From positions 128,001 through 192,000 of the forward strand of contig CAWCTR010000007.1 in assembly GCA_963798485.1 (NCBI GenBank): a stretch of DNA of 64,000 nt, written 5' to 3'. Both the position numbers and the translations under genes were made by a program. This DNA comes from an uncultured delta proteobacterium. GTDB taxonomy: Bacteria; Desulfobacterota; Desulfomonilia; UBA1062. A model generated the notes under the pieces. It was not told the origin of the DNA. It did no database searches and saw nothing but the letters and a program-made list of their open reading frames with translations. Below, in pieces: positions 43,671 to 55,224 of this stretch (positions are counted from its first letter, which is position 1; each line of letters starts with the position of its first letter).

Positions 43671-46600
43671 TCAGGCATGTTCCTTATGTTTAAGCTCTTT
43701 TGCCATTCGTTTTTCCTGTAGCGGATTACCCATCTCTTTCCAGAGCTCGAGTGATTTACCAAAGCACCGTTGCGCCTTTGATGACTTGCCGGCCGCCTTG
43801 AGGAGATTCCCCCATGAGGCAATGAGCCAGGCCTGATGGGGTTTCATCATGGATGAGCAAGCAAGGGCATATGCCCGTGATAGTGTTTTATGGGCAGTAT
43901 CATATTGACCTTGGGAGGTGCATATCTCGGCAAATACCCTTAAGGCCCAGATGAGCTGGTCGACATTCCCCTTTTGCTCATTCCAGGTTATACTTTCCTG
44001 GGCAGCACTCAGTGCAGTGCTATAATCACCCAGGAGGCGGCATGCCTCAGCCAGTGCGTTCAGGGCATAGGGCACCCGGTTGGCAACACCATCCCTTAGG
44101 CCAGGAAGTGCATTATTGATGAGCTCCTTTGCCTCTTCAGGATTACCTTTTTCCAATGCAATCCATGCACGGTACAGGTCCTTTATCGAACCTGCACAGT
44201 GGATTTCTCCCCCCAGGGCATTGAATGCATCCAGATCGGCAGTGGCACCCTGTATGTTTCCGAAATACCGAGCGCGGAAATAGATGGAACCCTGAATCCT
44301 CAAATAGGAAAGCCCGCCTGCAATCATCCCTAGCTTCATCTCCCTCGAAGATACATCCTCAAAAACCCTACGGGCCTCTTCAAATCTTCCTTCAAGACAA
44401 CATATATGGGCAAGCCATATGTCCGCCATGAGATCAATGTCCATATATGCACTGCTGAATCTCTTTGTTTCTCCATACCAAGATCGTGAACCCTCCAGAT
44501 CACCCTTCCATACGCTTGCAGCCAACGTAGTCAGGACATTGACGGTATAAAGAAACCGGTCCGATGCGTCGAGGGTAGGTCTGGCATTATCAAGCAGGCG
44601 CAAGGCATCAAGGGGCTTGCCGAGAAAGGTGTAGGTATAGGCAAAGGCGGTATGTGCTGCGGCAATCAACACCGGATTATCACAGATGAGGTTTAAGGCA
44701 AAGTCATAGCACTCTTTTGCCTTATTAAAGAGACCCTTCTGGGAATAGAGGTTAATGAGCCGGATGGAGCAAAAGGCCTCTTCCTCATTAAGGCCCTTAT
44801 TGCGGTAAATGCCCGCAAGACGCTCCAGGGCGATAATGGCCCGGCCCGGACTGAATATACGATAGCATCTCCAGATCCCTTCTTGTATAGCCACAAGCAG
44901 CTCTTCTGCGTCAGGCAACGTTTTGCCGGCCTTAAGATGTTGTTCTGCTGATAAAAAATGCGCCCCGGCCTCAACCCATGCCCCTGTTGCCTGGCAGTGT
45001 TTGCCGGCTTCCATATGGTAATACACCGCCTTCGAATGTTCCTGTGCCTTTCCGAAATGATGGGCAAGCTCTCCGGCATGATCCTTTAAACATAATCCGC
45101 AACTGTCTTCAATGGCCAGTGCGATCTTCTTGTGCAGCCTGATCCGCTCTTTCTTCAAGAGGGTCCTGCTTGCAACATCGCGGATAATCTCATGCTTGAA
45201 GATGTATTCGCCCTTACCGAGGGATTGGATGAAGCCATGTTTGACTGATTCACTTAAGCCCTCTTTCAAGACATCCTTCTCTGAGCACACCAAAACCAAT
45301 AAGGCTTCAGTAAATATCCTTCCAATAAAGGCCGACTCCTGGAGTATCCTCTTGGAAGCGGCCCCCATATGATCAAGCCGCGAAGAGATGAGCCCGTACA
45401 GTGTCGTGGGCAGATCATCCAAAAGGACTATTTGGCCTTGATTGGTTAGATCCACCCCTTTTTCCAGGAGGTAGTTGGTCACCTCTTCAACAAAGAATGG
45501 GTTGCCTCCTGTTGCTTCAGCCAGAGAACTCACCGTCATATCAGGGACTAGGACAGCATTAAGCATATTTTTAAGCATCTCACCCACTTCAGCTTCACCG
45601 AGCTCCTGCAGGATCAGGCGGGCACCGGGAAAGGCGCTCGCCACTCCATGACGGTGCGTAAGGAGCAGCAGACAGGGACAGGACTTATCCCACCTATGGA
45701 TAAGATATGTCAGAAGATCAAGCGTACTCTGGTCCGCCCAATGGATATCCTCAATGCAGAAGATTGTAGGCAGATTCAAGGCCGCAGAGCTGAGCAGCCA
45801 CAACATGGCATCACTGCCTTTCACCTTGAGGATATCCGGAGATTCACCACCTTTGGTGGCAGCGCTATCCATGAAGAAGGCAAGGTGAGCAGCATACTCC
45901 CCGGACAGTCCATGCCGGGTTAAGGCCCGGGCAATATCATGGGTGTCGCTATGCATACTATCGAGCCCCAATAATGCCTGTACGAGTCTCGAAAAGGGAA
46001 AGTACGGCTTAGAGCTTGTATGATCGAAACAGGTTGCTGTTATGAATAGTACACCCTTATCAAGGGTTATCTTAAATTCTTCAATGAGCCTGCTCTTGCC
46101 GACACCTGCATCGCCGATGATGCAGGTTACGCAGCCTTTGCCTGATTGAAGATCCCTCGCCTTTGATAAAAGTATAGACAGCTCATGCTCGCGGCCCACC
46201 AGCGGCGAGGTGACCCCACCCACCCTGTGTAGTGCAAGGGGGATTTTTCTCTCCTGGATAACCTTGTATACGTGGATGGGCTTTCTGAATCCCTTGAGCA
46301 ACTTTTTGCCCATCCATTCGAGATGAAAATACCGCATCGCATCGGATACAAGCGCCTCTCCGATGAGTATCTCTCCATCTGACGCCATGTCACACAGCCT
46401 GGAAGCTATGTTGATGGGCTTACCCAGCGTGCCGTGCGATGAGTGGCATGGATTGCCGGAATCAACAAGCACCTCGCCCGTGTTTATGCCCGTATGCATG
46501 TTCAAACGGATGTTACAGGTATTAAGCAGGGGCATATTCAACCCTCCCACGGTCTTGTGGATTTCCAGGGCGGCAAGGATGCCTCTTACAGGATCATCCT

Positions 46601-46898
46601 CCCGGGCCTTAGCATTGCCGAATATGGCAAGCACTGCATCACCGATATACTTTTCCACTATGCCGCCATAGCCCCTGATAACCCCGGTGATTTCGCTCAG
46701 GACTTTGCCCATGAACGCACTGAGGTCCTCATGGTCGAGCCTTTCGGACAGCAGGCTGTATCCGCTTAAATCCGTACAGACAATGGTAACAAAGCGATAT
46801 TCAGGGACAGGTTCACCCTGAGAAAGGCAAGAGCCGCACCGGGAGCAGTACCGGTCGGATGAATCAACACTCGCGCCGCATACCGTACAATCTTTCAT
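43671..46898 (-). CDS. Class III adenylate/guanylate cyclase fused to a zinc ribbon, STAND AAA ATPase and TPR-like repeats
   Basis: CTVC...CSRC; TDLSGYS, EKYIGDAV, INIASRL; Walker A GDAGVGKSRL; Walker B IEDIHWAD; GGNPFF; helical C-terminal repeats. Confidence 0.92.
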   Translation of the reverse strand: MKDCTVCGASVDSSDRYCSRCGSCLSQGEPVPEYRFVTIVCTDLSGYSLLSERLDHEDLSAFMGKVLSEITGVIRGYGGIVEKYIGDAVLAIFGNAKAREDDPVRGILAALEIHKTVGGLNMPLLNTCNIRLNMHTGINTGEVLVDSGNPCHSSHGTLGKPINIASRLCDMASDGEILIGEALVSDAMRYFHLEWMGKKLLKGFRKPIHVYKVIQERKIPLALHRVGGVTSPLVGREHELSILLSKARDLQSGKGCVTCIIGDAGVGKSRLIEEFKITLDKGVLFITATCFDHTSSKPYFPFSRLVQALLGLDSMHSDTHDIARALTRHGLSGEYAAHLAFFMDSAATKGGESPDILKVKGSDAMLWLLSSAALNLPTIFCIEDIHWADQSTLDLLTYLIHRWDKSCPCLLLLTHRHGVASAFPGARLILQELGEAEVGEMLKNMLNAVLVPDMTVSSLAEATGGNPFFVEEVTNYLLEKGVDLTNQGQIVLLDDLPTTLYGLISSRLDHMGAASKRILQESAFIGRIFTEALLVLVCSEKDVLKEGLSESVKHGFIQSLGKGEYIFKHEIIRDVASRTLLKKERIRLHKKIALAIEDSCGLCLKDHAGELAHHFGKAQEHSKAVYYHMEAGKHCQATGAWVEAGAHFLSAEQHLKAGKTLPDAEELLVAIQEGIWRCYRIFSPGRAIIALERLAGIYRNKGLNEEEAFCSIRLINLYSQKGLFNKAKECYDFALNLICDNPVLIAAAHTAFAYTYTFLGKPLDALRLLDNARPTLDASDRFLYTVNVLTTLAASVWKGDLEGSRSWYGETKRFSSAYMDIDLMADIWLAHICCLEGRFEEARRVFEDVSSREMKLGMIAGGLSYLRIQGSIYFRARYFGNIQGATADLDAFNALGGEIHCAGSIKDLYRAWIALEKGNPEEAKELINNALPGLRDGVANRVPYALNALAEACRLLGDYSTALSAAQESITWNEQKGNVDQLIWALRVFAEICTSQGQYDTAHKTLSRAYALACSSMMKPHQAWLIASWGNLLKAAGKSSKAQRCFGKSLELWKEMGNPLQEKRMAKELKHKEHA

Positions 46899-47124
46899 AG
46901 GTTCCCTCCTTCTCACGCAGGTTAAACATGCACAACGATGAAGGTTTCTGTTCAGGAGGGGTGGTATTTGAATTCAAATTGACCATCAGGTCAAAATCAC
47001 ACATAATAACTCAAATATACCTAATACTCCTCGCCGAGGCCATTCAATAGAGAAATCTTGATCGGAAGAGCATATAGTGATACGAAAGTGAGGAAAGGCT
47101 TATAAATTATAGGGGAAGATCTTT

Positions 47125-48201
47125 ATGGACATCAAAATCACAAAATGTTCACCGGACAAGCTGAAGGCAAAACCGGCAGATGAATCCAAACTGGGCTTCG
47201 GCCAGATCTTCACGGATCATATGTTTACGGTAAAATATAAGGACGGCAAGGGTTGGCATGAACCCGTCATCGGCCCTTACGGTCCGATCATCCTTGACCC
47301 CACGGCCATGAGTCTCCACTATGGCCAAGAAATCTTTGAAGGGCTGAAGGCCTATCATGGAAAGGACGGGAGTATCTACCTGTTCCGGCCAATGGAAAAC
47401 ATCAAACGGATGAATGCCTCGGCAGAGCGCCTGTGCATGGCCACAATCGATCCGGAGCTGTTTATGGAGGCCATGAAAAAACTTGTCCTTCTGGAACAGG
47501 ACTGGATCCCTCGCGGCGCCGGAACATCCCTGTATATCCGCCCGACCATGATCGCCACGGAGCCGGCCCTGGGTGTCCACCCGGCAAATCAGTATCTTTT
47601 CTTCATCATTGTCGGTCCTGTCGGGGCTTACTATCCTGAAGGGTTTTCTCCGACGAAGATCTACGTCAGCGAGGATTATGTCAGGGCAGTTCGCGGCGGT
47701 GTCGGAAACTGCAAAAATGCGGGGAATTATGCGGCCAGCCTCTACGCCAGCCAGAAGGCCAAGGAAATGGGGTATACGCAGGTCCTTTGGCTGGATGCCA
47801 TTGAGCGGAAATATGTAGAAGAGGTGGGGACGAGCAATGCCTTCTTCGTGATCGGCGATGAACTTGTTACACCTCCGCTCTCAGGTTCGATTCTCCCCGG
47901 TGTCACACGGGATTCCGTCATCCAGTTGGCGCGGAGCTGGGGCGTGAAGGTGACGGAACGGGCACCGTCCATGAGTGAGATTGTTTCCGGGATTGCTGAT
48001 AAGTCAGTGAAAGAGGCGTTTGCCTCAGGTACGGCGGCCATTGTCTCTCCTATCGGCCAGATCTTTTATCAGGGGAAAGAGCACGTCATCAACGGCGGCA
48101 AGACAGGGGCCCTGACGGAACGCTTGTATAACGAGATCTTACAGATCCAGTATGGAGAAAGGTCAGATCCCTTCGGCTGGCGCGTGAAGATATCGGACTG
48201 A
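47125..48201 (+). CDS. ilvE: Branched-chain amino acid aminotransferase
   Basis: FGQIFTDHM, LHYGQEIFEGLKA, LYIRP, KNAGNY, ILPGVTR, SGTAA. Confidence 0.96.
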   Translation: MDIKITKCSPDKLKAKPADESKLGFGQIFTDHMFTVKYKDGKGWHEPVIGPYGPIILDPTAMSLHYGQEIFEGLKAYHGKDGSIYLFRPMENIKRMNASAERLCMATIDPELFMEAMKKLVLLEQDWIPRGAGTSLYIRPTMIATEPALGVHPANQYLFFIIVGPVGAYYPEGFSPTKIYVSEDYVRAVRGGVGNCKNAGNYAASLYASQKAKEMGYTQVLWLDAIERKYVEEVGTSNAFFVIGDELVTPPLSGSILPGVTRDSVIQLARSWGVKVTERAPSMSEIVSGIADKSVKEAFASGTAAIVSPIGQIFYQGKEHVINGGKTGALTERLYNEILQIQYGERSDPFGWRVKISD

Positions 48202-48276
48202 ACCCTTGAGGGTTATAAATTCCATTGATGGGGAATAATCCGAAGCACCTGGACTGGCTGGACTATCTATAAAATA

Positions 48277-48306
48277 AGAGGCCGGGGGAATAACCCCGGC
48301 CTCTTT
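48277..48306. terminator. Likely bidirectional terminator between convergent genes
   Basis: AGAGGCCGGGG-GAATAA-CCCCGGCCTCT flanked by A- and T-rich tracts. Confidence 0.8.
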
Positions 48307-48357
48307 CATTTGGGTTACAAGTTTCCTTGCCTGAATAAACCGCTTTGTATTGCTGCT

Positions 48358-48903
48358 TTAAAAAACCCTGATCATGATGAGAAAGGTAACAAGCAGAACA
48401 GCCAATGCGGTCTGGTGCTCGGTGTTTTCGATAGTCTGGGCAAATGACCACAAATGCTTGCTCCCATCGGGGTAGGGATCCAGCCGGGGCATGAAATAAT
48501 CCACTGAACGTTTGTACTTGAAAAATTCTTCTCCGAACCTCTGTTCCAGCCTTCCCCACTCGATCTTCTGCTTCCTCGGCACATAGGAGATGAAGAATAT
48601 GAGGCTGGCCAGGATCCATATGACCGCGTTCATGGCCATAATACACATCCCTGTGCCGATAATATAGCTACCGAGATACAGCGGGGACTGGAGGTACGCA
48701 TAGGGCCCGGATGTGGTAAGCTCTTCATTCTTTCGAAGGTGGCCCGTGGCCCAGAACCTGAGTGCCTCACCGGCCAGGACAAGGATAAAACCCAAGAAAC
48801 ACGAGGCCCAAGAAGGGTCGGCAAATATCACAAGCAGGGCTATGGTCCCATAGAGAACCGCAGTTTTGCTTGTTACCTTCCTCAGTTTATGCTCCAAGTC
48901 CAT
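48358..48903 (-). CDS. Isoprenylcysteine carboxyl methyltransferase / PEMT family membrane protein
   Basis: GEALRFWA, LTTSGPYAYLQSPLYLG, FGEEFFKY. Confidence 0.85.
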   Translation of the reverse strand: MDLEHKLRKVTSKTAVLYGTIALLVIFADPSWASCFLGFILVLAGEALRFWATGHLRKNEELTTSGPYAYLQSPLYLGSYIIGTGMCIMAMNAVIWILASLIFFISYVPRKQKIEWGRLEQRFGEEFFKYKRSVDYFMPRLDPYPDGSKHLWSFAQTIENTEHQTALAVLLVTFLIMIRVF

Positions 48904-48996
48904 GCTTCATACCTCCCCCTAATGCTAGACAACGCTATGTATCCGTTTCTTCCCCACCCCGTCAAGCCAAACCTGGATTATCCAATTTTTGGGAAT

Positions 48997-49593
48997 TCAC
49001 CCGCCCAAGAGAGGCTTTTTCGCCTGCTTCCTGATCTCTTTCTCATCGGCCCATTCGATAAGGCCTGACTGGATGTTCACAAGATTCAGCGTAAATTTAT
49101 AATAGACATCCTTGACACGGCCGGCTGATTTTCTTATGGAGGCAAGCTCGCCGTAAAGGAAATAATCAGCACCCACCAGTTTGCCTATAGACTTGGCCGT
49201 CTTGGGGGCCACCATGCCGGAGCTCGCCTGGAATTCAAGCTGGTTAACCAGCTCGTCCTTCACCTCTGTGATGGCAGAGAACCTGACCTTGCCGGATTTG
49301 AGCAGCGTTACCTTTATCTTGTCGGTCACCGACTTGGTGTCAATGTGCTCATCCGTCTTGTTTCTCACGTTCTGGACATAGAAAACCGGCCTATTGCCGG
49401 AAGAGAGCACCGGGGTAGCCAGCAGCGAGTTCACCATCTTCTCGGCGATCATCTGCAGGTCCGTTGAGCCGAAATCCGCTGTGACCGTCTCCACTTGATC
49501 AGGGTTGCCGTACGTCACCTCCGGCGTGCTGGCGCAGCCCGTCAAGAGCATCACCAGAGCTGCAAGGCTGACGAAATACACTATTCTTTTCAT
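48997..49593 (-). CDS. lpoB: LpoB-like lipoprotein (PBP activator family)
   Basis: Lipobox LTGC, STDLQMIAEKMV, NKTDEHID, GADY, IEWADEKEIRK. Confidence 0.82.
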   Translation of the reverse strand: MKRIVYFVSLAALVMLLTGCASTPEVTYGNPDQVETVTADFGSTDLQMIAEKMVNSLLATPVLSSGNRPVFYVQNVRNKTDEHIDTKSVTDKIKVTLLKSGKVRFSAITEVKDELVNQLEFQASSGMVAPKTAKSIGKLVGADYFLYGELASIRKSAGRVKDVYYKFTLNLVNIQSGLIEWADEKEIRKQAKKPLLGG

Positions 49594-49619
49594 ATCTCTT
49601 TTCTCCTCCTGTTCGTCTC

Positions 49620-50051
49620 TCACGACCCCGTATCCGTTACAGGATGGGGGTTACGTACCATAAGTTTAAATCCTGCCGCATTTGCTCCGGGTGCCGCCGA
49701 ACGAAATCCCTTTGACTCTTTACCGCCAAGCACTGCCGGCAGCCATGAAGTCATGTTCGAAAGCTCGTAACCGTGTGCATCATACCAGATAAAGCGGTAC
49801 TCGAAGGACAAGTCCCTGTCGCTCTCATTTTTCAGAATAACCTGGGCTTCAAATGAGTTTGCTCCATCAAACGGCTTGATGCTCACATCACCATAGCTCA
49901 GGTTCCGTTCGAGGTATTTGTCGTTGATCTCGATCTGCCTCGCGCTTACCCCCATGGGGCCGGCCTGAACATTGAGGATATTGGGGGCTGTCCCTGCACA
50001 GGCAACCGCAAATAAGGTCAAAATAAAAAAGGATCTGTTGATTTTTCTCAT
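49620..50051 (-). CDS. YcfL/DUF1425 family lipoprotein
   Basis: Lipobox AVAC, FEYRFIWYDAHG; adjacent to lpoB. Confidence 0.82.
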   Translation of the reverse strand: MRKINRSFFILTLFAVACAGTAPNILNVQAGPMGVSARQIEINDKYLERNLSYGDVSIKPFDGANSFEAQVILKNESDRDLSFEYRFIWYDAHGYELSNMTSWLPAVLGGKESKGFRSAAPGANAAGFKLMVRNPHPVTDTGS

Positions 50052-50066
50052 AGAGTACCTCCTTAT

Positions 50067-50231
50067 TTAGAATGATTTCGTATAGATGGCCAGCCGGATG
50101 GTCATCCTGGCCTTGAGATATGACCGCACTATCTGCTTGGTAAAGATAATGGGGAAGTCATCCAGCAGGTTCCTTGCCGCAACGGCATCAACATCAAAAA
50201 CCGTGGATGTCTCCTCGCTCATCCTGGCCAT
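50067..50231 (-). pseudogene. Remnant of the COG3014-like lipoprotein gene normally upstream of ycfL-lpoB
   Basis: Manual translation MARMSEETSTVFDVDAVAARNLLDDFPIIFTKQIVRSYLKARMTIRLAIYTKSF resembles an internal segment of that family; no signal peptide. Confidence 0.5.
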
Positions 50232-50265
50232 TGTCTACATGGGGATAAATAATGATGGCCTTTTT

Positions 50266-50751
50266 TCAGAAAGCCACCCCAAGGCTTGCCGTGACCCCGC
50301 GTCGATAATCATAACCTAAACCAATATCGAAGGACTTTACCACATAACGCATACCGAGCATCCAGGTGCCGAAGTTATCAGTGCCTGAGCCGGTCCCGTC
50401 AGTGTTCTTTGTATCCTGGCTTGCATACCCGACGCCAATAACACCAAAGAACGCAGGCACGATCTCGGCGCCAAAGGAGGCATAGATCTCCTGCTCGGTT
50501 CCATCTTTGTATTTTCCCGTAAAGTTTGGTGATGGATGTTCGCCGGTCTGGGCTATGCTCGCTCCGATCCCGAGGCTGAAAGCCCCGCCATTGGGATGGT
50601 AAGGTGAAAGGAATATCCCGCCCAGCTCGAGCCCATAGCTTGAGGCATCAACCTTGCCTCCATCGCCATAATTTGCAAGGACATACCCCGCCCCATGTGA
50701 AATTACAGGAAGGACGGTAATTACAAGTGTTATGAGAATAATCTTCTTCAT
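50266..50751 (-). CDS. Outer-membrane beta-barrel protein
   Basis: Signal peptide, alternating amphipathic strands, C-terminal ASLGVAF. Confidence 0.8.
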   Translation of the reverse strand: MKKIILITLVITVLPVISHGAGYVLANYGDGGKVDASSYGLELGGIFLSPYHPNGGAFSLGIGASIAQTGEHPSPNFTGKYKDGTEQEIYASFGAEIVPAFFGVIGVGYASQDTKNTDGTGSGTDNFGTWMLGMRYVVKSFDIGLGYDYRRGVTASLGVAF

Positions 50752-50858
50752 ATCTTGACCTCCCGTGAAATCGTTTCTATTGTAAATATACATTAGTCAC
50801 TGGGATTGGTTAAAATCAAGTTACTTTATGTTAATCCCGCATGGAAGGTTTTCAACTT

Positions 50859-51818
50859 ATGTATGATGTGATCATTATCGGAGGCGGACCTGCAGGCCTT
50901 ACTGCAGGTATCTATGCAACACGCTCGGATATGAAGACGCTGCTCATCCGCAGCGCCTACAAGACAAGCCTCATTACGACCACCGACCTCATCGAGAATT
51001 ATCCCGGGTTTCCCGATGGAATCGGCGGTTTCGAGATCATTGAGCGCTTTACCCGGCAGGCCCTCAAGTTCGGCCTTGGAATCGTTGACGATGACATCAT
51101 AGCTGTTGCAAAGACCGGGACAGAAGGCCACGATGCCTGGGAGGTAAGCACGTCGGGCTCTGTTTACCAGGCATTGTCTCTGATCATCTCCACCGGCACT
51201 GAATATGCGCACCTCAATGTACCTGGTGAGGCCGAGTTCACGGGCAGAGGGGTATCCTACTGCGCCACGTGCGATGGTCCTTTTTACCGCGATGGCCGGC
51301 TTATCGTGGTGGGCGGAGGAGACACCGCAGTGCAGGAGGCCCTCTATCTTACGAATTTTGCATCGAGTGTCATCATTGTCCACCGGAGAGACCGGCTCAG
51401 GGCCGCAGCTGTCCTTAAGGACCGGGCGTTTGCCAATGCCAAGATATCATTTGAATGGAATGCCGTTATCGAAGATATCACCGGAGACTCGGTGGTTAAA
51501 GCGGTCAGGCTCAAGGATGTCAAAGACCCCGGGAAGTTAAAGACCGTACCCATAGACGGGGTCTTCATCTTCACAGGCACTATCCCCAATACTGCAATGT
51601 TCAATGGCGTTGTGGATATGGATGCACATGGGTACATAAAGGTGGATGCACACATGAATACATCCGCCAAAGGGATATTCGCCGGAGGCGACTGTACCAG
51701 TAAGCTCTTGCGGCAGGTGGTGACAGCCTGCGGGGACGGTGCCACCGCGGCCTTTGCTGCATACGAGTATGTAAGTACACTCAAGGGTACATCGTACGAA
51801 GGGGCCAAGACCCCTTAA
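50859..51818 (+). CDS. trxB: Thioredoxin reductase
   Basis: IIGGGPAG, IENYPGF, GRGVSYCATCDG, GGGDTA, HRRD. Confidence 0.96.
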   Translation: MYDVIIIGGGPAGLTAGIYATRSDMKTLLIRSAYKTSLITTTDLIENYPGFPDGIGGFEIIERFTRQALKFGLGIVDDDIIAVAKTGTEGHDAWEVSTSGSVYQALSLIISTGTEYAHLNVPGEAEFTGRGVSYCATCDGPFYRDGRLIVVGGGDTAVQEALYLTNFASSVIIVHRRDRLRAAAVLKDRAFANAKISFEWNAVIEDITGDSVVKAVRLKDVKDPGKLKTVPIDGVFIFTGTIPNTAMFNGVVDMDAHGYIKVDAHMNTSAKGIFAGGDCTSKLLRQVVTACGDGATAAFAAYEYVSTLKGTSYEGAKTP

Positions 51819-51836
51819 AGGAAAAAGGAGGAGATC

Positions 51837-52187
51837 ATGCCGGAAGAAAAATTTGTGGATAACCCGGATACTGCCATTACCCTGACGGATAAGGATATCA
51901 ACGAGGCAGTGGCCAAGTATCCTTTCATCGTGGTGGATTGCTGGGCTGAGTGGTGCGGCCCGTGCAAGATGCTGGGCCCCATCGTGGAGAACCTTGCAAA
52001 AAAGCATGCCGGGCAGATTGTCTTCGGAAAGCTGGATGTGGATAAAAACCCCGATACTGCCAAAAAATACGGCATCCGCTCTATTCCGAACCTCCTGGTC
52101 TTCAAGGATGGTCAGAAGGTGGGTGACATAGTAGGCGCCCTGCCCGAGCCAAAGCTCATTGAGCGCATCAATGCACTGAAAGGTTGA
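51837..52187 (+). CDS. trxA: Thioredoxin
   Basis: WAEWCGPCK. Confidence 0.96.
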   Translation: MPEEKFVDNPDTAITLTDKDINEAVAKYPFIVVDCWAEWCGPCKMLGPIVENLAKKHAGQIVFGKLDVDKNPDTAKKYGIRSIPNLLVFKDGQKVGDIVGALPEPKLIERINALKG

Positions 52188-52198
52188 GCGGCGACCCT

Positions 52199-52651
52199 TT
52201 AAAAAAGCTTTTTACTGTCAAGCAGGATGGTGACAGGGCCATGGTTGATGATTGAAACGTCCATCATGGCCTGGAATTTTCCTGTCTCCACCTTGCCGGG
52301 AAAAAATTCTTTAACCTTTACGATAAGCCCTTCGAACTTCTCCCTGGCGGCTTGAGGCACTTCAGCACGCGAATAGGACGGCCTCCTGCCCTTCCTGGCA
52401 TCCCCGTGCAGGGTGAACTGTGATATGAGCAGGATTTCCCCTCTCACATCCGAGACATCGAGGTTCATAACCCCGGTTTCATCATCGAATATCCTTATGC
52501 TGCAGATCTTCCGGGCAAGGTAATCAATGTCAATAGGCCCGTCTCCCGCCTCAATCCCCACCAGGCAGCACAGGCCCATGCCGATCCTCGACAACTCCTC
52601 CCCATCCACGGTTACGGATGCGCCCTTTACCCTCTGTATCACTGTCCGCAT
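52199..52651 (-). CDS. dtd: D-aminoacyl-tRNA deacylase
   Basis: MRTVIQRV, SQFTL, KGRRPS, NHGPVT. Confidence 0.95.
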   Translation of the reverse strand: MRTVIQRVKGASVTVDGEELSRIGMGLCCLVGIEAGDGPIDIDYLARKICSIRIFDDETGVMNLDVSDVRGEILLISQFTLHGDARKGRRPSYSRAEVPQAAREKFEGLIVKVKEFFPGKVETGKFQAMMDVSIINHGPVTILLDSKKLF

Positions 52652-52666
52652 CTCTTATTACTTTTT

Positions 52667-52696
52667 TAAAATAGGCCCCCAAACGAGGGGGCCTAT
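52667..52696 (-). terminator. Intrinsic terminator after the HtrA protease gene
   Basis: Minus strand ATAGGCCCCC-tcgttt-GGGGGCCTAT followed by TTT. Confidence 0.65.
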
Positions 52697-52703
52697 GAAG
52701 AAC

Positions 52704-54083
<1,380 letters not shown>

Positions 54084-54188
54084 TGATGTCCCTCCTTTTC
54101 CTGGAGGGGGACATAACACAGAAATCCGGTCTCATCAATCGATTTGCCCTTGTAAATTTCTCCAAAAATCCTGTAGTAACTTGATGCC

Positions 54189-55097
54189 ATGGGCATAAAC
54201 AGCACCCGCGGCTTTCATAGGGCTACCCCCATCGATCTTCTGAAGGAGCTCACCATCTGCGAATCTCTGGGCTCACTTAAGAGCCCATACATAAAGGCCT
54301 TTAATCTGGACAAGGCATATGGAGGGCTTCTGGGTGATTTTCTGGTGAAAATGGGCCTGCTCGATCCCTGTTCGGTTGTCCTTGAGATGGGCGGCGGTTA
54401 CGGCAGCCTCATGCACGGCCTGCTGACCTCCCCGCATGGCCGGCTTATACAAAAGGCCTTCATGATGGACTTATCCATGATGCTGCTGAAAAAACAGCGT
54501 GAAAGGCTTGAAGAGTTTCATGACAAGGTCTCCTTCATCCAGGCCGATATCCACGAGCTCAAGGGGGCCAAAGGCCGCTTGGACCTTATCATCATAAATG
54601 AGGTCATCGGTGATCTTGATACGGCGACCGGCCTCGATCCTCACCATCTCCCCCTAGATGTAACACAGCTCATTACAGCCTATGGGCTCGAATTTCCACG
54701 TCAGGGGCCCTTCAACTTTAATATCGGGGTGCTACGGCTCTTGGAAACCATCTGCAGGCTCGGGGTGCCGGCATTCATCAGCGAGCATTCCTGTGACCCC
54801 ATTATCCCTGGAGATATGCCCTACCTTACGGAAGGATTAGCGCTCGATTCCTTCCCCAGGGAGATCCCGCTCTATGCCCACAAAGAGTATACCATCCGGT
54901 TCTCGCATCTTATCAAGGTGGCCCGCTTCTTCGGCAGGACCATTGCCACCGGGTCGCTTTTAGATCTCCTGGGGATTAAAAACGCCGCAGCATTGAGGTT
55001 TATCTTTACCAGCCGTGCCTGTTCAACGGAAAAACAGGAGATCATCTTCGAATTCCTTGACCATGTGCGCGAATACCGGTGGCTCACTATTACCTGA
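54189..55097 (+). CDS. Class I SAM-dependent methyltransferase-like protein
   Basis: VLEMGGGYG motif I, MDLS, QADI, LIIINEVIGDL. Confidence 0.75.
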   Translation: MGINSTRGFHRATPIDLLKELTICESLGSLKSPYIKAFNLDKAYGGLLGDFLVKMGLLDPCSVVLEMGGGYGSLMHGLLTSPHGRLIQKAFMMDLSMMLLKKQRERLEEFHDKVSFIQADIHELKGAKGRLDLIIINEVIGDLDTATGLDPHHLPLDVTQLITAYGLEFPRQGPFNFNIGVLRLLETICRLGVPAFISEHSCDPIIPGDMPYLTEGLALDSFPREIPLYAHKEYTIRFSHLIKVARFFGRTIATGSLLDLLGIKNAAALRFIFTSRACSTEKQEIIFEFLDHVREYRWLTIT

Positions 55098-55224
55098 TAA
55101 TCCCTTAACCGAGGTCTTAAGGATTGATTCGTCCCCCATGCACTTTAAGATTTACTCTGAATGAGATTTCAATTATAGCATCCATCTACCCGATATACCT
55201 TTAATCTATTTATTGAGGTCACAC

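Noticed and set aside
43671-46898. The cyclase as the source of the riboswitch ligand
   Set aside because: It is a class III cNMP cyclase, not a GGDEF, DAC or CD-NTase enzyme, so nothing supports cyclic dinucleotide synthesis.
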